Below the pieces are notes generated by a model. That model did no database searches. It saw nothing but the letters and a program-made list of their open reading frames with translations, and was not told where the DNA came from. A program made the position numbers and the translations under genes. This document shows, piece after piece, positions 47,360 through 58,508 of a stretch of 64,000 nucleotides of DNA. Source of the stretch: an uncultured SAR86 cluster bacterium (GTDB lineage Bacteria; Pseudomonadota; Gammaproteobacteria; Magnimaribacterales; D2472). Within the stretch, counting starts at the first letter, position 1. Each line of letters opens with the position of its first letter. The stretch lies in NCBI GenBank assembly GCA_902608115.1, contig CACLMT010000002.1:31767-95766 (forward strand), written 5' to 3'.

Positions 47360-47500
47360 AATATTATTAGTTAAACATTAGTTTAAGATATGCAATTATT
47401 TTAAACACATCCAATACCGCAATATAATACCAAGAAATGACTTATGGTGTTAATATCTTTTCACAATTGTCGTAAAAAAAAGATAGATATTTAAATATTT

Positions 47501-47902
47501 ATGAAAAAAGTTAAAGATCACTTAAATGAGCAAAGATACTGGGATATTTTTACAATATCAGAAGAATCTGATTTATTTGAAGCATCAAAGTTAATGCATA
47601 AAAATAAGATTGGAGCACTTATGATTGTAAAAGCTGATTCAATTGATCTTCTTTGCAAATCATCTGTTGTTGGCATATTAACAGAAAGAGATATTGTTTA
47701 TGCGTTATCAGGTGGTAATAAAAGTCTTCAATCCAAAACAGTGTTTGATGTAATGACAAAAAAGCTTATTTATACCTGTCCAGAAACATCTAACTCGGAA
47801 GCCAAGCAATTGATGCTTGAAAATCAAATTCGACATCTTCCTGTTTTTTCAGACGAACATCTTGTGGGAATAATTTCTATGAGGGATGTATTTAGATCCT
47901 GA
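47501..47902 (+). CDS. CBS domain protein
   Basis: GILTERD, VMT, IRHLPV, GIISMRD. Confidence 0.9.
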   Translation: MKKVKDHLNEQRYWDIFTISEESDLFEASKLMHKNKIGALMIVKADSIDLLCKSSVVGILTERDIVYALSGGNKSLQSKTVFDVMTKKLIYTCPETSNSEAKQLMLENQIRHLPVFSDEHLVGIISMRDVFRS

Positions 47903-47916
47903 TTTAATTTTTTTAC

Positions 47917-49257
47917 ATGACATTTTTTCAACGTTTATCTTATGCTGCATTAAATTTTCCTACCTCAGCAGCAGGGATGCCTATTTTTATATTTATCCTT
48001 CCTTACTATGCAGGTGATTTAGGTCTTGGACTTTCTTTGGTTGGTATTATTTTTTTTCTTGGGAGAATAACAGACATATTTACAGATCCTATTATGGGTG
48101 TCTTGATTGATAAATTTCCTTCAAAATGGGGTAAACATAAACATTGGATTTTTTTATCTGCTCCAGTTTTAATGCTGGCAACTTATTTAATTTTTTCCCC
48201 ACCTGTTTCCTCAGCGTCAACTTATTATTTCTTTCTAGCTTTATTTTTACTTTATTCAGGATTTACTTTAAGTTCTATAACTCAGTTATCTTGGTCATCG
48301 TTTCTTGTGCCTGACTATGACGATAGGACTAGATTATTAACTTTAAGAGAATTAATGGCATTAATTGGAATGTTATGTGTGATTGCAATCCCGGCAATTG
48401 TAGAATTATTTAATACGTCTCTTGAAGCTAAAGTATTAGCAATTGGCATATTTGTTTTCTTTAGTATCCCAATAATGACAGTCAATGCGCTAAAACATGT
48501 CCCAGATTCGCAAAAAGCAAATGATCAATCTATCACTGAAAATCCTTTTAGAATATTTTTTAGTTTATTTAAAAACTTAATGTTAAATAAGATTATTTTT
48601 GCTGCTTTTCTAATAGCTTTCTGTATGGGTTTAAATGGAGCTCTTTATCTTATTTGGATGGAAGTTGTGATTGAATTACCAGAATATTCTTCAAGATTAA
48701 TGCTTGCTTATTATTTAGTTAGCATATTAGGTTTATGGGCTTGGAGACAATTAAGCATTAAAACAAATAAGCATTACGCTGCAGCAGCAGCATGTGTTTA
48801 TGCAGTGGTTATATTAGTTATAGGTTTTATTGGTTATGGTTTTATTAGAGAATTAGATGACTTTACAAAATTAATATCAGTTGGCTTATTTATTATCCTG
48901 TATGGATTTTCATTTTCAGGACCATTCCCATTAATTAATGCAATTATTGCTGATATTTCAGATAAGTTGTCATTAGACTATGATAAGAATATTTCAGGAA
49001 CAGTTTTTTCATATCTTACTGCAATCATTAAGCTTGGTTTTGCCTTGGCAGCAATGGTCCCATATCTTGCTTTAGAGTTACTGTGGGGTTTCGATATTTC
49101 GTTGGGTATTGCAAATACCGAGTCTTCAAAAATGGCAATTTTTTATATTTGGATTTTTGTGCCAATATTAAGCTATGGAATAGCTGCGTTTATGTTATTT
49201 ACTCATTCTCTTGGCAGGAATGAGCATAAACAAATTAAAGAAAGTTTGAGACAATAA
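47917..49257 (+). CDS. MFS transporter, GPH (MelB-like) family
   Basis: [15 protein letters not shown]...SKWG, YDDRTRL, about 12 TM segments. Confidence 0.85.
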   Translation: MTFFQRLSYAALNFPTSAAGMPIFIFILPYYAGDLGLGLSLVGIIFFLGRITDIFTDPIMGVLIDKFPSKWGKHKHWIFLSAPVLMLATYLIFSPPVSSASTYYFFLALFLLYSGFTLSSITQLSWSSFLVPDYDDRTRLLTLRELMALIGMLCVIAIPAIVELFNTSLEAKVLAIGIFVFFSIPIMTVNALKHVPDSQKANDQSITENPFRIFFSLFKNLMLNKIIFAAFLIAFCMGLNGALYLIWMEVVIELPEYSSRLMLAYYLVSILGLWAWRQLSIKTNKHYAAAAACVYAVVILVIGFIGYGFIRELDDFTKLISVGLFIILYGFSFSGPFPLINAIIADISDKLSLDYDKNISGTVFSYLTAIIKLGFALAAMVPYLALELLWGFDISLGIANTESSKMAIFYIWIFVPILSYGIAAFMLFTHSLGRNEHKQIKESLRQ

Positions 49258-49259
49258 AA

Positions 49260-49427
49260 ATGGAATATAGGAAATATGAATGTGTGATTTGTGGTCATAT
49301 TTATGATGAAGAGTTTGGTGAGCCTGATGATGGAATTTTACCAGGAACTAGATGGGAAGATATTCCTGATGATTGGGTTTGTCCAGACTGCGGGGTAAGT
49401 AAATTTGATTATGAATTAATGGAATAA
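49260..49427 (+). CDS. Rubredoxin (absent from the ORF track)
   Basis: Own translation [55 protein letters not shown]; two CxxCG motifs. Confidence 0.95.
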   Translation: MEYRKYECVICGHIYDEEFGEPDDGILPGTRWEDIPDDWVCPDCGVSKFDYELME

Positions 49428-49428
49428 A

Positions 49429-49902
49429 ATGATAACTAGATTAGATGTTTATTTCCTAACTTTTATATTTTCTTTATGTACCCCAACTCAATCTGCTAAT
49501 TTAAATATTGCTTTTGTTGGCGATATTCCAATCGAAGAGCTTTTAAAGAAAAAGCAAATATTTAAGCTAGAGTACGATAAATATGAAATAGATAATAAGA
49601 TTGATTTAACAAGTATAAAAGATACTGAAGTATTTATTTTTTTTGGTATTTGGTGCCATGATAGCCAAAGAGAGGTACCACGCATGCTTAGAATTTTGCA
49701 TGAATTAAATATCCCACCTCATCAAATTTCTTTAATCGGCCTTACTTCTAAAAAAGACGAGCCAAAGAATCGTGCAAAAAAATTAAAAGTTATAAATACC
49801 CCAACATTCATTGTGTTTAAAAATAATATTGAAATAGGGAGAATTATTGAACGACCCTCGATGAGTTTGGAAAAAGATCTATCGAATATTTTGAAATCTT
49901 AA
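49429..49902 (+). CDS. Thioredoxin-like protein (WCxDS type)
   Basis: FFGIWCHDSQREVP, PTFIV...EIGRIIERP. Confidence 0.8.
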   Translation: MITRLDVYFLTFIFSLCTPTQSANLNIAFVGDIPIEELLKKKQIFKLEYDKYEIDNKIDLTSIKDTEVFIFFGIWCHDSQREVPRMLRILHELNIPPHQISLIGLTSKKDEPKNRAKKLKVINTPTFIVFKNNIEIGRIIERPSMSLEKDLSNILKS

Positions 49903-49917
49903 TTAAATTTATTTCTT

Positions 49918-50910
49918 TTATTTAAGATTCATCTCAGCAATACGTTTTGCCTCATCGTAGTCAGTATAAAAAGTTGCAAAATGTCTTCGAAATTTTGCAA
50001 TTGGTCCATCCTTATCACATAGGACTGGTTTATAAGCATATTTTTTATTTTCCCAAACAGGTATATCTTCATTTACTTGTTTATTTATATCTGCAATTAT
50101 GGCAGCGCCTACACCGCCTTTAGGAACTTTACCATTTATTTTTTTTTGCAAAAATGAAAATCGGGTGATTACTTTTTCATTCTCTATAGGGGTAGTGGAC
50201 CCTAGAAGGAGGGTATCACATATACCTTCAAATTTTGTTACATTATCTCCAGGACCATTAGAGAAGCCTGATATCTTTCCTTTAACGGTACCCTTAGGAG
50301 TTTCCATATTAGCTTCTTGAATAAAATATCTTTTTTGTTCGTCATAAGTAACTTCAAATTCAGGGTAGCTAACTACCCCATGAACATACATAAAATGGGC
50401 TGCATCTACGGCATTCTCAGCCATATCTTGAATGTGGCAATTGATTGTATATTCAAATTTTTCAAATTTATCAGCCCATTCGGGGTCGCTAATTTCTGGA
50501 TATGATTCAACTTCATAATGTGGATTATTTCCATTAGGATGATACCAAGCATAAATTAAGTTGTTTTTTTCAACTGTTGGGTATTTAAAAATTTGTGTTT
50601 CTTTTGCTTTAGGTGGAATTTTTTTGGCATATGGAATGTTATCTATTTTACCATCAGCACCCCATTGCCAAGCATGAAAAGGGCACTCGATGCATTCATC
50701 TTTTACTAGTCCACCATGGCCTAAGTGAGCTCCTAGGTGTGGGCAGTAGGCATCTAACATTGTTACTTCACCCGATTTGGTTCTAAAGAGTACCTGGTCT
50801 TGTGCAAAATATCTGACAGGTTTTACATCTCCAGGTTTTAAATCATCTGAATAATCAACAACATACCAACCAAAAGGTATTGGCATAGGGTATCTTTTTC
50901 TATTATTCAT
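49918..50910 (-). CDS. Rieske 2Fe-2S oxygenase (KshA/steroid-desaturase-like)
   Basis: CPHLGAHL...CPFHAW Rieske motif; ENAVD.AHF.YVH mononuclear Fe site; D..VWENK. Confidence 0.88.
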   Translation of the reverse strand: MNNRKRYPMPIPFGWYVVDYSDDLKPGDVKPVRYFAQDQVLFRTKSGEVTMLDAYCPHLGAHLGHGGLVKDECIECPFHAWQWGADGKIDNIPYAKKIPPKAKETQIFKYPTVEKNNLIYAWYHPNGNNPHYEVESYPEISDPEWADKFEKFEYTINCHIQDMAENAVDAAHFMYVHGVVSYPEFEVTYDEQKRYFIQEANMETPKGTVKGKISGFSNGPGDNVTKFEGICDTLLLGSTTPIENEKVITRFSFLQKKINGKVPKGGVGAAIIADINKQVNEDIPVWENKKYAYKPVLCDKDGPIAKFRRHFATFYTDYDEAKRIAEMNLK

Positions 50911-50923
50911 ATTTTTAATTATT

Positions 50924-51790
50924 TTATAACTTTAGTAATTTTTTTGCATTTTCACCTAAGAACCTAGGCAATACTTCCTTTTTTAGAGGAATATGCTCTA
51001 GCTCAGTAAATATTTTTTTTAAAGATAAACCCATTGGGTAATAACCAGCATACATAACTTTTTCTTTACCTCGAGTATTAGCAAAATGCAGAATATCTTC
51101 AGGATAATGTTTTGGAGAAAATGCGCTTGTAGAATAATAAAGGTTCGGATATTTCAGCATTAACTTACATGCCAAGGCTGTCCAAGGCTCAGCTCCGTGC
51201 CTCATAACAAATTTAAGATCTGGGAAATACCAGCAGACTTCGTCAATTAATTCTACTTTTTGTGGAGCCATTGGGATTCTAGGGCCTGGAACTCCAACAC
51301 AACAAAAGAATGGAATATCTAACTCAATACACATTTTATAGATGGGATGCCATTTTTGATCATTGATTGGTATTTGTGGGTGCATCCCAGATGGAAATGC
51401 ACTGACTGCTTTTATCCCGTAGGTTTCATATATTCTCTTAATATTTATTGCTTCATCTTTAATGTTTGGATTTATTGGTAAATCAAAGATAAATCTATCT
51501 GCATGATTTTTAGCTGCTTTAATTTTTATATCAGATTTTTCATGGAAGCCAACCATAGCCATGTTGATAAAATATCTATCCATTTCATTAATTGTGAATT
51601 GAATAAAATCATCATGTGATCCAGTTTCAGGTATTTCTTTAAACATATATTGAGCAGGCATTTTAAACATTGATCTAGATTCTTCATCTCTAAGAAGAGG
51701 TTCCATAAATTTATACCAATCAGATCTATCTTCCTGTTCAGGAATCCCAAGCATTAGATCAATTGTTAGTATGTCTTTATTAAATGCCAT
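50924..51790 (-). CDS. Amidohydrolase_2 family protein
   Basis: GVPGPRIP, FPDLKFVMRHG.EPW, TSAFSPKHYP. Confidence 0.8.
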   Translation of the reverse strand: MAFNKDILTIDLMLGIPEQEDRSDWYKFMEPLLRDEESRSMFKMPAQYMFKEIPETGSHDDFIQFTINEMDRYFINMAMVGFHEKSDIKIKAAKNHADRFIFDLPINPNIKDEAINIKRIYETYGIKAVSAFPSGMHPQIPINDQKWHPIYKMCIELDIPFFCCVGVPGPRIPMAPQKVELIDEVCWYFPDLKFVMRHGAEPWTALACKLMLKYPNLYYSTSAFSPKHYPEDILHFANTRGKEKVMYAGYYPMGLSLKKIFTELEHIPLKKEVLPRFLGENAKKLLKL

Positions 51791-51890
51791 GACTAAAGTT
51801 TAAACAATAATTTATCTTTAAGTTGATAGAAATCAAAAAAAGAGAGAATACTTAAAATATCCTTGACGAATAATATTTTAATGTTACTCA

Positions 51891-52667
51891 TTAAGACATA
51901 AATTCTCCACCGTTAACATCAAGGTTTGCACCCGTAATAACTTTAGCTAAATCTGAAATTAAAAATAATGCAGCATTTGCACAATCGCTATCGTCAGGAA
52001 TAATTCCCAGAGGAATATCTTTAGTTACATTATCAATAATATCTTGAGGTTTTACTCCCATAGATTCAGCCGTAAAATTAATATACATTTCAACTGGAGG
52101 ACCCCACATCCAACCCATAAATACTGAATTAACTCTAATACCTTTTGGACCGAGTTCTTTAGCAAGTATCTTTGTTGCGGTAGTCAATGCTCCTTTAGAA
52201 GCAGCGTAACCCCCCTGAGTAGGCAATGGTTTTTTTGTAATTAAGCTGTTAATCATAACAATTGCACCACTTTTATTTGGAGTCATCTCTTTTACAGCCG
52301 CCATGGTTAAGTTCATGGTTCCGAAAAAATTTGTATTCATAGTTTCTTGCCAATCAGCAAAATCAGAATCCTCAATTTCTTTGAAGTCACCAGCCCGGTA
52401 TGCGCTGTTAATCAATCCATCAAGTTTTCCATATTGTTTTACTGTTTCTTGAACCAAATTTTTGCAATCTTTGGAGTTAGTAATATCACAGGGGATGGCT
52501 ATAACATCTGATTTTTTTCCAATTTCTTCCTTTAGTTGATTTAATAGACCAGTGGATCTTGCTGCAATGGCTATTTTTGCACCCTCTCTAGCTGCGCCAT
52601 ATGCCAACTCTTGACCCAAACCAGGGCCAATACCAGAAATAATTACAACTTTATCTTTTAATAACAT
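51891..52667 (-). CDS. SDR oxidoreductase (Rv3530c-like)
   Basis: SGIGPGLG, YAASKG, WMWGPPV. Confidence 0.88.
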   Translation of the reverse strand: MLLKDKVVIISGIGPGLGQELAYGAAREGAKIAIAARSTGLLNQLKEEIGKKSDVIAIPCDITNSKDCKNLVQETVKQYGKLDGLINSAYRAGDFKEIEDSDFADWQETMNTNFFGTMNLTMAAVKEMTPNKSGAIVMINSLITKKPLPTQGGYAASKGALTTATKILAKELGPKGIRVNSVFMGWMWGPPVEMYINFTAESMGVKPQDIIDNVTKDIPLGIIPDDSDCANAALFLISDLAKVITGANLDVNGGEFMS

Positions 52668-52675
52668 TTTAATTC

Positions 52676-53815
52676 CTATTTTATATATTGATTTATGTAG
52701 TCCTTGAAGTGATCGTCAATGAAAGAGCTTTCTAGACCAAATTCTTCAAGTGAATAATGATGAGCACCCATTTCATGTTTATTTTCTTCTTTCCAAGCTT
52801 TCATTGCATTTTCAGTTTGATTATTAAAATCTTCATTTATAAAGTCATATACTGCCTTCATTTCAGTTAAAGGATCTTTGATCATTTTATTAAATTCAAG
52901 ATTTAAGAAATGATTTGGATTAGCTTTACTAATATTCATACAATGTTCTAAAACTTTAGCTAATTTATTAGCCCAGTGATTTCCAATCATATTTTTATCA
53001 TATGTGTTAGTAAGAGGCTCAAAAAGGTTTGCACACATTGAACAAAAAGAGGGGACAGTTTTATGTGGATCACGGTGTGTTTGAATCACTTTAGAATCAG
53101 GAAAAACTTGGAGCAATTTATCTATAAAGCCTAAATGGTGAGGTGATTTTAATATCCATCTTTTTTTCTCTCTTCCAGGATTTTGCCATTGTAAGTATTG
53201 CAATATAATCTTTAGCTGCTTGTAGGCATGGATATGATCTTGTTTTTCTATCCATTTAGAGTAAGAAGGAAGTCGCATGAATGATTCAGGAACTGTACTA
53301 AAAAATGTATGTTCTAAAAGTAAAACTTCTTCATCAGCTCCCTTGTAATCCCAAGGATGTATTTTTAAAGCATCTGGGGAAGCTGCTACGACTGTATCAA
53401 CTTCGGCTTTACCAAGAGCCATTCTTTCTTCTGGATTTCCTCTAATCTCATTTTTTAGCATTGCTGGATTTCTGCCTTCCCACCAGAGCATGGCAGTGTG
53501 ATTTGGATCAGCTGCTAAAAGACGGTGGGTCATAGTGCTGCCAGTTCTTGGTAGGCCGACAATCACAACAGGGGAAATGATTTTTTCTTTTAAAATTTCA
53601 TTATTTTTCTTTATTGCTTCATCTATAAGTAGAAGATTAGTTAGCAGTCCAGTCAAACGATGTTGTTGAGCCTGAATTCCAATTTCATTTAAATCAGCCT
53701 CTTCGTTAATTGATTTAATTAAGGTTTCAAAACCTTCAATAAATAGAGGGTTTCCAAGTGAACTTAAACCAGTTATTTTCTTAGCATTAGATAAAATTTG
53801 GTTTGAATTTAACAT
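52676..53815 (-). CDS. Sulfotransferase family protein (Rv3529c-like)
   Basis: GLPRTGST PAPS-binding loop, WILKSP.H, THRDP. Confidence 0.88.
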   Translation of the reverse strand: MLNSNQILSNAKKITGLSSLGNPLFIEGFETLIKSINEEADLNEIGIQAQQHRLTGLLTNLLLIDEAIKKNNEILKEKIISPVVIVGLPRTGSTMTHRLLAADPNHTAMLWWEGRNPAMLKNEIRGNPEERMALGKAEVDTVVAASPDALKIHPWDYKGADEEVLLLEHTFFSTVPESFMRLPSYSKWIEKQDHIHAYKQLKIILQYLQWQNPGREKKRWILKSPHHLGFIDKLLQVFPDSKVIQTHRDPHKTVPSFCSMCANLFEPLTNTYDKNMIGNHWANKLAKVLEHCMNISKANPNHFLNLEFNKMIKDPLTEMKAVYDFINEDFNNQTENAMKAWKEENKHEMGAHHYSLEEFGLESSFIDDHFKDYINQYIK

Positions 53816-54894
53816 TAGATACTCTCCAAAGTATCTAATTTTTTAATTTTTACATCTGGGATGGGACATGAATCCGCACCAATCCATCTTAGTAACATAG
53901 CTCCATTTTTTCTTCCTTCTGTAATTAGATTATTTTTAATATTTATAGGATGATGAGTAACAATAATTTTTAAATCATGATTATCAATTGTTGCTGATTT
54001 AGAGTTTAGATGAATTGGGTAATGCCTATAATCTAAAGATTCCATCCAATAATTCTCTAATTGAAAATTCCAATAATCACAATCAGGGATAGGCGTATTA
54101 ATTTCCATATATTCATCAGAGTTAAATTCATAATAGCCATGTAAATAAAAAATTTTTGGATCACCGCCAGCAGCTTGAAAAAATGCTTGATCACCTAGTG
54201 GAAGTGAATTTTTATGATTTTTTTCGAAATCTTTTACCCAATTTAAAAAAGTATTTGCAGTACCCTTTACAAAAGCTATTGAGTTATCAAGGTGAAATTC
54301 TAGTTCTTGGATATTCAGAAGAGGTGGAATGTCAATATTTCCTAATTTTTTGATATTCATAGAAGCATGTTTTTGATTAAATCGATCTGTATAAGTTTGT
54401 CTGACAATTATCATATTTGTGTCTTTTGGAAGATTTAGATAATTTCTACTGTTGGAATTTGGACCTAAAACTAATTTAAAATTTCCAATTTCATCAATAT
54501 CCATCTCTGACATATCTAGCTCACCAAGTGATCGCATTTTTCCATCTATACTGTATCTGTTTTCCTTTAAACCAAAACTTAAATATTCAACCTCGCCAAT
54601 ATTTCCTGCAATTTCATATGATTCAGAACCATTAATATTTGCATTGAGGTAAATGTTATCAGGGTTATCTGCACCAATTTTTGCTGTTTCATGAGAGAGG
54701 TTGTAAAAAGATGGATGCATTGAATTTGAATGTTCAAAATTCATCTCTAGAGAAAGTCTTAGAAGTCTTAATAGATATCTATATCCTTCTGTTTTATCAG
54801 TTTCAGATAAATTAACTTGCTCTGAGATAATATCTCCAGCAGTTTTCAATTCATCACAAAAACTATCCCATTTTTGCTTTAATAAATCAGCCAT
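53815..54894 (-). CDS. DUF1214 domain protein (Rv3531c-like)
   Basis: EGYRYLLR, DNPDNIY, YWNFQL.NYWMESLDYR, LLRW. Confidence 0.8.
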   Translation of the reverse strand: MADLLKQKWDSFCDELKTAGDIISEQVNLSETDKTEGYRYLLRLLRLSLEMNFEHSNSMHPSFYNLSHETAKIGADNPDNIYLNANINGSESYEIAGNIGEVEYLSFGLKENRYSIDGKMRSLGELDMSEMDIDEIGNFKLVLGPNSNSRNYLNLPKDTNMIIVRQTYTDRFNQKHASMNIKKLGNIDIPPLLNIQELEFHLDNSIAFVKGTANTFLNWVKDFEKNHKNSLPLGDQAFFQAAGGDPKIFYLHGYYEFNSDEYMEINTPIPDCDYWNFQLENYWMESLDYRHYPIHLNSKSATIDNHDLKIIVTHHPINIKNNLITEGRKNGAMLLRWIGADSCPIPDVKIKKLDTLESI

Positions 54895-54957
54895 ATTTGT
54901 TCTTCTTTATTCAATAAATTTATATTATGGTTATTAGTAAATCATATAAATTTTAAG

Positions 54958-56028
54958 ATGCCAAAGCCACAAGAAAGAAACCAAGAGGAAACTAAAGTAA
55001 TTTTTCAATCATGGTTAGATAAAAAACTTGCTAATGCTTCAAATATTAGTATAGAGATATTAGGCGGACCAGAAAATACTGGCTTTTCAAATGAAACTTT
55101 AAGTTTTAATGTTTCGTATTCTCATGATGGTCAGGATGTATCCCAAGGTATGGTTTTAAGGTTTTATCCAGAAGGCTTTTTTGTTTTCCCTGATTATGAC
55201 ATTTATAAACAGTTCTTAATTATGCAAAAACTTTCAACCTATAATATCAAGGTTCCGAATGTGTTGTGGTATGAGTCAAGCACTGAAGTTTTTGGTACTT
55301 CATTTTATGTTATGGAGATGGCTAAGGGTGAGGCGCCATCTGATAACCCGCCATTTCATCAAGAAGGATGGGTGGTAGATTCCTCTGAAGATGTAAGAAA
55401 AAAGATTTGGTGGGGGTGGGTAAATGAAATGTCAAAAATACATAAAGTTGATATCACAGGAGGCAATTTTAATTTTCTTAATAGACCTGAGATAGCTAAT
55501 GATTATTTAGATCAAGAGCTTAATTATTATTTTAATTTTCATGAATGGGCTATGAAGGGAGAAGCTCATCCAGTTGCTGATTTTGCCGCTAAGTGGTTAA
55601 AGGACAATAAACCAGTTCCCAGTCAATCTTCTATTATTTGGGGAGATTGTAGGTGTGCAAATATTATGTATTTACCAAATGGTGAAATTTCAGCAGTCCT
55701 TGATTGGGAGATGGCATCACTTGGAGACCCATGTATGGATTTAGCATGGGGAATTGCAATTGATGATTGTAATAGCAAAGGTTTGGGAGTTGAGAGGTTA
55801 AGTGGTTTTCCAGGAACAGATGTAACAATTGCTAAGTGGGAGGAATTAACTGGCTATAGCGCTGATAATTTTAATTATTATTACACACTTGCTTTATATA
55901 AATTTACAGTAATTATGGTTAGAGTTATACGTAAAGTAGAACATTATGAAATGATGCCTATGGGTCTTGATGCTCATATAAATAATCATGTAACTGCTAT
56001 GTTAGATGCAAAATTAAAGGAGTTTTAA
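54958..56028 (+). CDS. APH/phosphotransferase family protein
   Basis: GFSNET, VFPDYD, WGD.R..N, AVLDWEMA. Confidence 0.85.
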   Translation: MPKPQERNQEETKVIFQSWLDKKLANASNISIEILGGPENTGFSNETLSFNVSYSHDGQDVSQGMVLRFYPEGFFVFPDYDIYKQFLIMQKLSTYNIKVPNVLWYESSTEVFGTSFYVMEMAKGEAPSDNPPFHQEGWVVDSSEDVRKKIWWGWVNEMSKIHKVDITGGNFNFLNRPEIANDYLDQELNYYFNFHEWAMKGEAHPVADFAAKWLKDNKPVPSQSSIIWGDCRCANIMYLPNGEISAVLDWEMASLGDPCMDLAWGIAIDDCNSKGLGVERLSGFPGTDVTIAKWEELTGYSADNFNYYYTLALYKFTVIMVRVIRKVEHYEMMPMGLDAHINNHVTAMLDAKLKEF

Positions 56029-56030
56029 AT

Positions 56031-57557
56031 ATGGCAATTTTTTCAATTTCTCATTCTAATGATGGTCGCAAGCAACTATCTTTAAAAAGCCCTGTTGATT
56101 TATCGCACATAGGTACTTATGACTGCGCTAATAAAGATGAAATATCTAAAATAATGACTCAGGCTAAGGTTGCTCAGGCTAAATGGAAAACGAGCACCCT
56201 CAAAGATCGCGTTGAGTTAATGCATAAAGTTGCTGATGTGGTTATTGATCAACAAAATCAAATTATGGAAGTTGTTATGAGAGAAACCGGTAAACCCCAA
56301 CAAGAGGCTATGTCAATGGAAGTTTTTTCATCAGTTGATTCATTAATTTTTTATGCTAATCGAGCTGAAAAATGGCTTTCAGATAAAAAAATAAAAATGC
56401 ATGGTCCTATGAGATTTATAAAAAAAACATTTATTACCTATAAACCTAGGGGGGTGGTTGTTGTTATTACTCCTTGGAATGGCCCATTTATTTTATCTAT
56501 CAATCCTGTTATTCAGGCTTTGCTATGTGGAAATAGCGCCATTATTAAGCCTTCAGAAATTACACCTATGTCTGGAGCTTTAGTTGAAGAAATATTTGCT
56601 TTAGCTGGAGCGCCAAAACACCTTGTACAAACAGTTATTGGTGATGGAGAGACTGGAGCTGAGTTAATTGATCAAGTTCCAGATAAAGTATCGTTTACAG
56701 GTAGTGTGTCTACTGGAAAAAAAATTGCTTCTAAATGTGGAGAAATGCTAATTCCGTTTAGCCTAGAGCTAGGCGGTAAAGATGCCATGATTGTTTGCTC
56801 AGATGCTGATATAAAAGATGCAGCGAGTGGAGCTGTAGTTGGATCATGCATGAATGCAGGTCAATATTGTTGCGGAACAGAAAGAATTTATGTCATGGAG
56901 GATATTTATGATGAATTTGTTGCTGAAGTTGTTTCTATTACTAAATCTCTCGTTCAAAGCAATGATGGGAAAGGGGATATCGGTCCTACTTTTTGGGATA
57001 AGCAAATTGAAATAATTGAAGACCATGTTAAAGATGCAATTGATAAAGGAGCTAAAGTATTAGTAGGCGGTAATCGAAATCCATCATTTAAAGGCTTATA
57101 TTTTGAACCTACAGTTTTGGTAGAGGTTTCTCATGAAATGAAGGTGATGAAAGATGAGACTTTTGGTCCAATTATCTCGATTATGAAAGTCTCTTCTGAA
57201 GAAGAAGCTTTGACTTTAGCGAATCAGTCACATTATGGTCTTAATGGTAATGTTTGGACAAAAGATTTAGTTAAGGGTAAGAAAATTGCTAAATCAATTG
57301 AAACAGGCGCGTGTTCAGTGAACGATATGGCAATGAGTTATGGTGTTAACGAAGTTCCATTTGGCGGAGTAAAAGAAAGTGGTTTAGGGGTGGTTAATGG
57401 GAAAGAAGGATTACTAGGGTATGCTCACGCTATGCCAATCATTGTTGGCAAAAAATCTGCATCAGCATATCCCTATACTGATAAATCATTAGATCAACTT
57501 AGAAGCGCTTTAAAGATTTTTTGGGGTAATAAATTAGTTAGAAAAATATTTGGATAA
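56031..57557 (+). CDS. Aldehyde dehydrogenase
   Basis: PWN, KPSE, FTGS, ELGGKD, GQYC, ETFGP, PFGG. Confidence 0.95.
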   Translation: MAIFSISHSNDGRKQLSLKSPVDLSHIGTYDCANKDEISKIMTQAKVAQAKWKTSTLKDRVELMHKVADVVIDQQNQIMEVVMRETGKPQQEAMSMEVFSSVDSLIFYANRAEKWLSDKKIKMHGPMRFIKKTFITYKPRGVVVVITPWNGPFILSINPVIQALLCGNSAIIKPSEITPMSGALVEEIFALAGAPKHLVQTVIGDGETGAELIDQVPDKVSFTGSVSTGKKIASKCGEMLIPFSLELGGKDAMIVCSDADIKDAASGAVVGSCMNAGQYCCGTERIYVMEDIYDEFVAEVVSITKSLVQSNDGKGDIGPTFWDKQIEIIEDHVKDAIDKGAKVLVGGNRNPSFKGLYFEPTVLVEVSHEMKVMKDETFGPIISIMKVSSEEEALTLANQSHYGLNGNVWTKDLVKGKKIAKSIETGACSVNDMAMSYGVNEVPFGGVKESGLGVVNGKEGLLGYAHAMPIIVGKKSASAYPYTDKSLDQLRSALKIFWGNKLVRKIFG

Positions 57558-57559
57558 TA

Positions 57560-58330
57560 TTATTTTGGTTTAGCGACTTCTAAATATGAGGGGATTTCTC
57601 CACCGCCATGAACCTCTAAAGAGGAACCAGTTACCCATTTTGCAAGATCTGAAGCAAAGAAAACGCATGCATCAGCTACATCTTGGGGTCGACCCATTCT
57701 TTTTAAAGGTATTTTTTTTGCTACTTTAGCGAGCTCTCTCTTACCTCCATAGTGAAGAATTGAATTTTCAGTCTCAATATAACCTACGATTATTGAATTT
57801 ACTTTAATTTTTGGCGCCCATTCCACGGCAAGAGTTTTACTTAAATTTACTAACGCTCCTTTCGATGCGCCATAAGCTGCACTACCAGGAGTTGGCCTAG
57901 TTGCTGTAACACTAGAAATATTAATAATATTTGAAACAGTTTTTTGTTTAATCATAATTTTTGCAATTTTCTGACTAACATTTAATGGTGCTGTAAAATT
58001 TAAATCAATAATTGATTGATGGAATTTAGGAGAGGCAGTAATGGTTTTAGCCAATGGAGATCCTCCTGCATTATTAATTAATATATCTATTGATTTAAAT
58101 TTAGATTTAATAATGCTTATTGCTCCATCTAATGACTCTAAATCTTTAATATCACACTTTATAAATATTGCTTTATTGCCTTTTGCTTGAATTAATTTTT
58201 TTGGTCTATTTCGAGCTAGAACTATTACCTTTGCGTCTAATTTTAAGAAAGTTTTTGCTATATGGGCACCAATTCCTCTAGTTCCGCCAGTAATTACGAC
58301 AGATTTATTTTTAAAATTTATATTTCTCAT
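57560..58330 (-). CDS. SDR oxidoreductase (Rv3549c-like)
   Basis: TGGTRGIG, NNAGGSP, RPTPGSAAYGASK, LAVEWAPK, LEVHGGGE. Confidence 0.88.
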   Translation of the reverse strand: MRNINFKNKSVVITGGTRGIGAHIAKTFLKLDAKVIVLARNRPKKLIQAKGNKAIFIKCDIKDLESLDGAISIIKSKFKSIDILINNAGGSPLAKTITASPKFHQSIIDLNFTAPLNVSQKIAKIMIKQKTVSNIINISSVTATRPTPGSAAYGASKGALVNLSKTLAVEWAPKIKVNSIIVGYIETENSILHYGGKRELAKVAKKIPLKRMGRPQDVADACVFFASDLAKWVTGSSLEVHGGGEIPSYLEVAKPK

Positions 58331-58508
58331 AGATTAAAATCTAGAATTAATGATTGATTTAATTATAACCATGTAACAACTATATTATAGTAATTCGGTC
58401 ATAAAGCTTCTTAGTGAGAGTAAATTTTATGCAATTGATATCCATTGATTCGTTAATAACTTTGTATAATCTGTATGTCTAAACAGAAAAATAATTTGGA
58501 GTAATTCT

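Noticed and set aside
58372-58399. TGTAAC upstream of npdG as an ECF regulon member
   Set aside because: The -10 element does not match CGT at the right spacing
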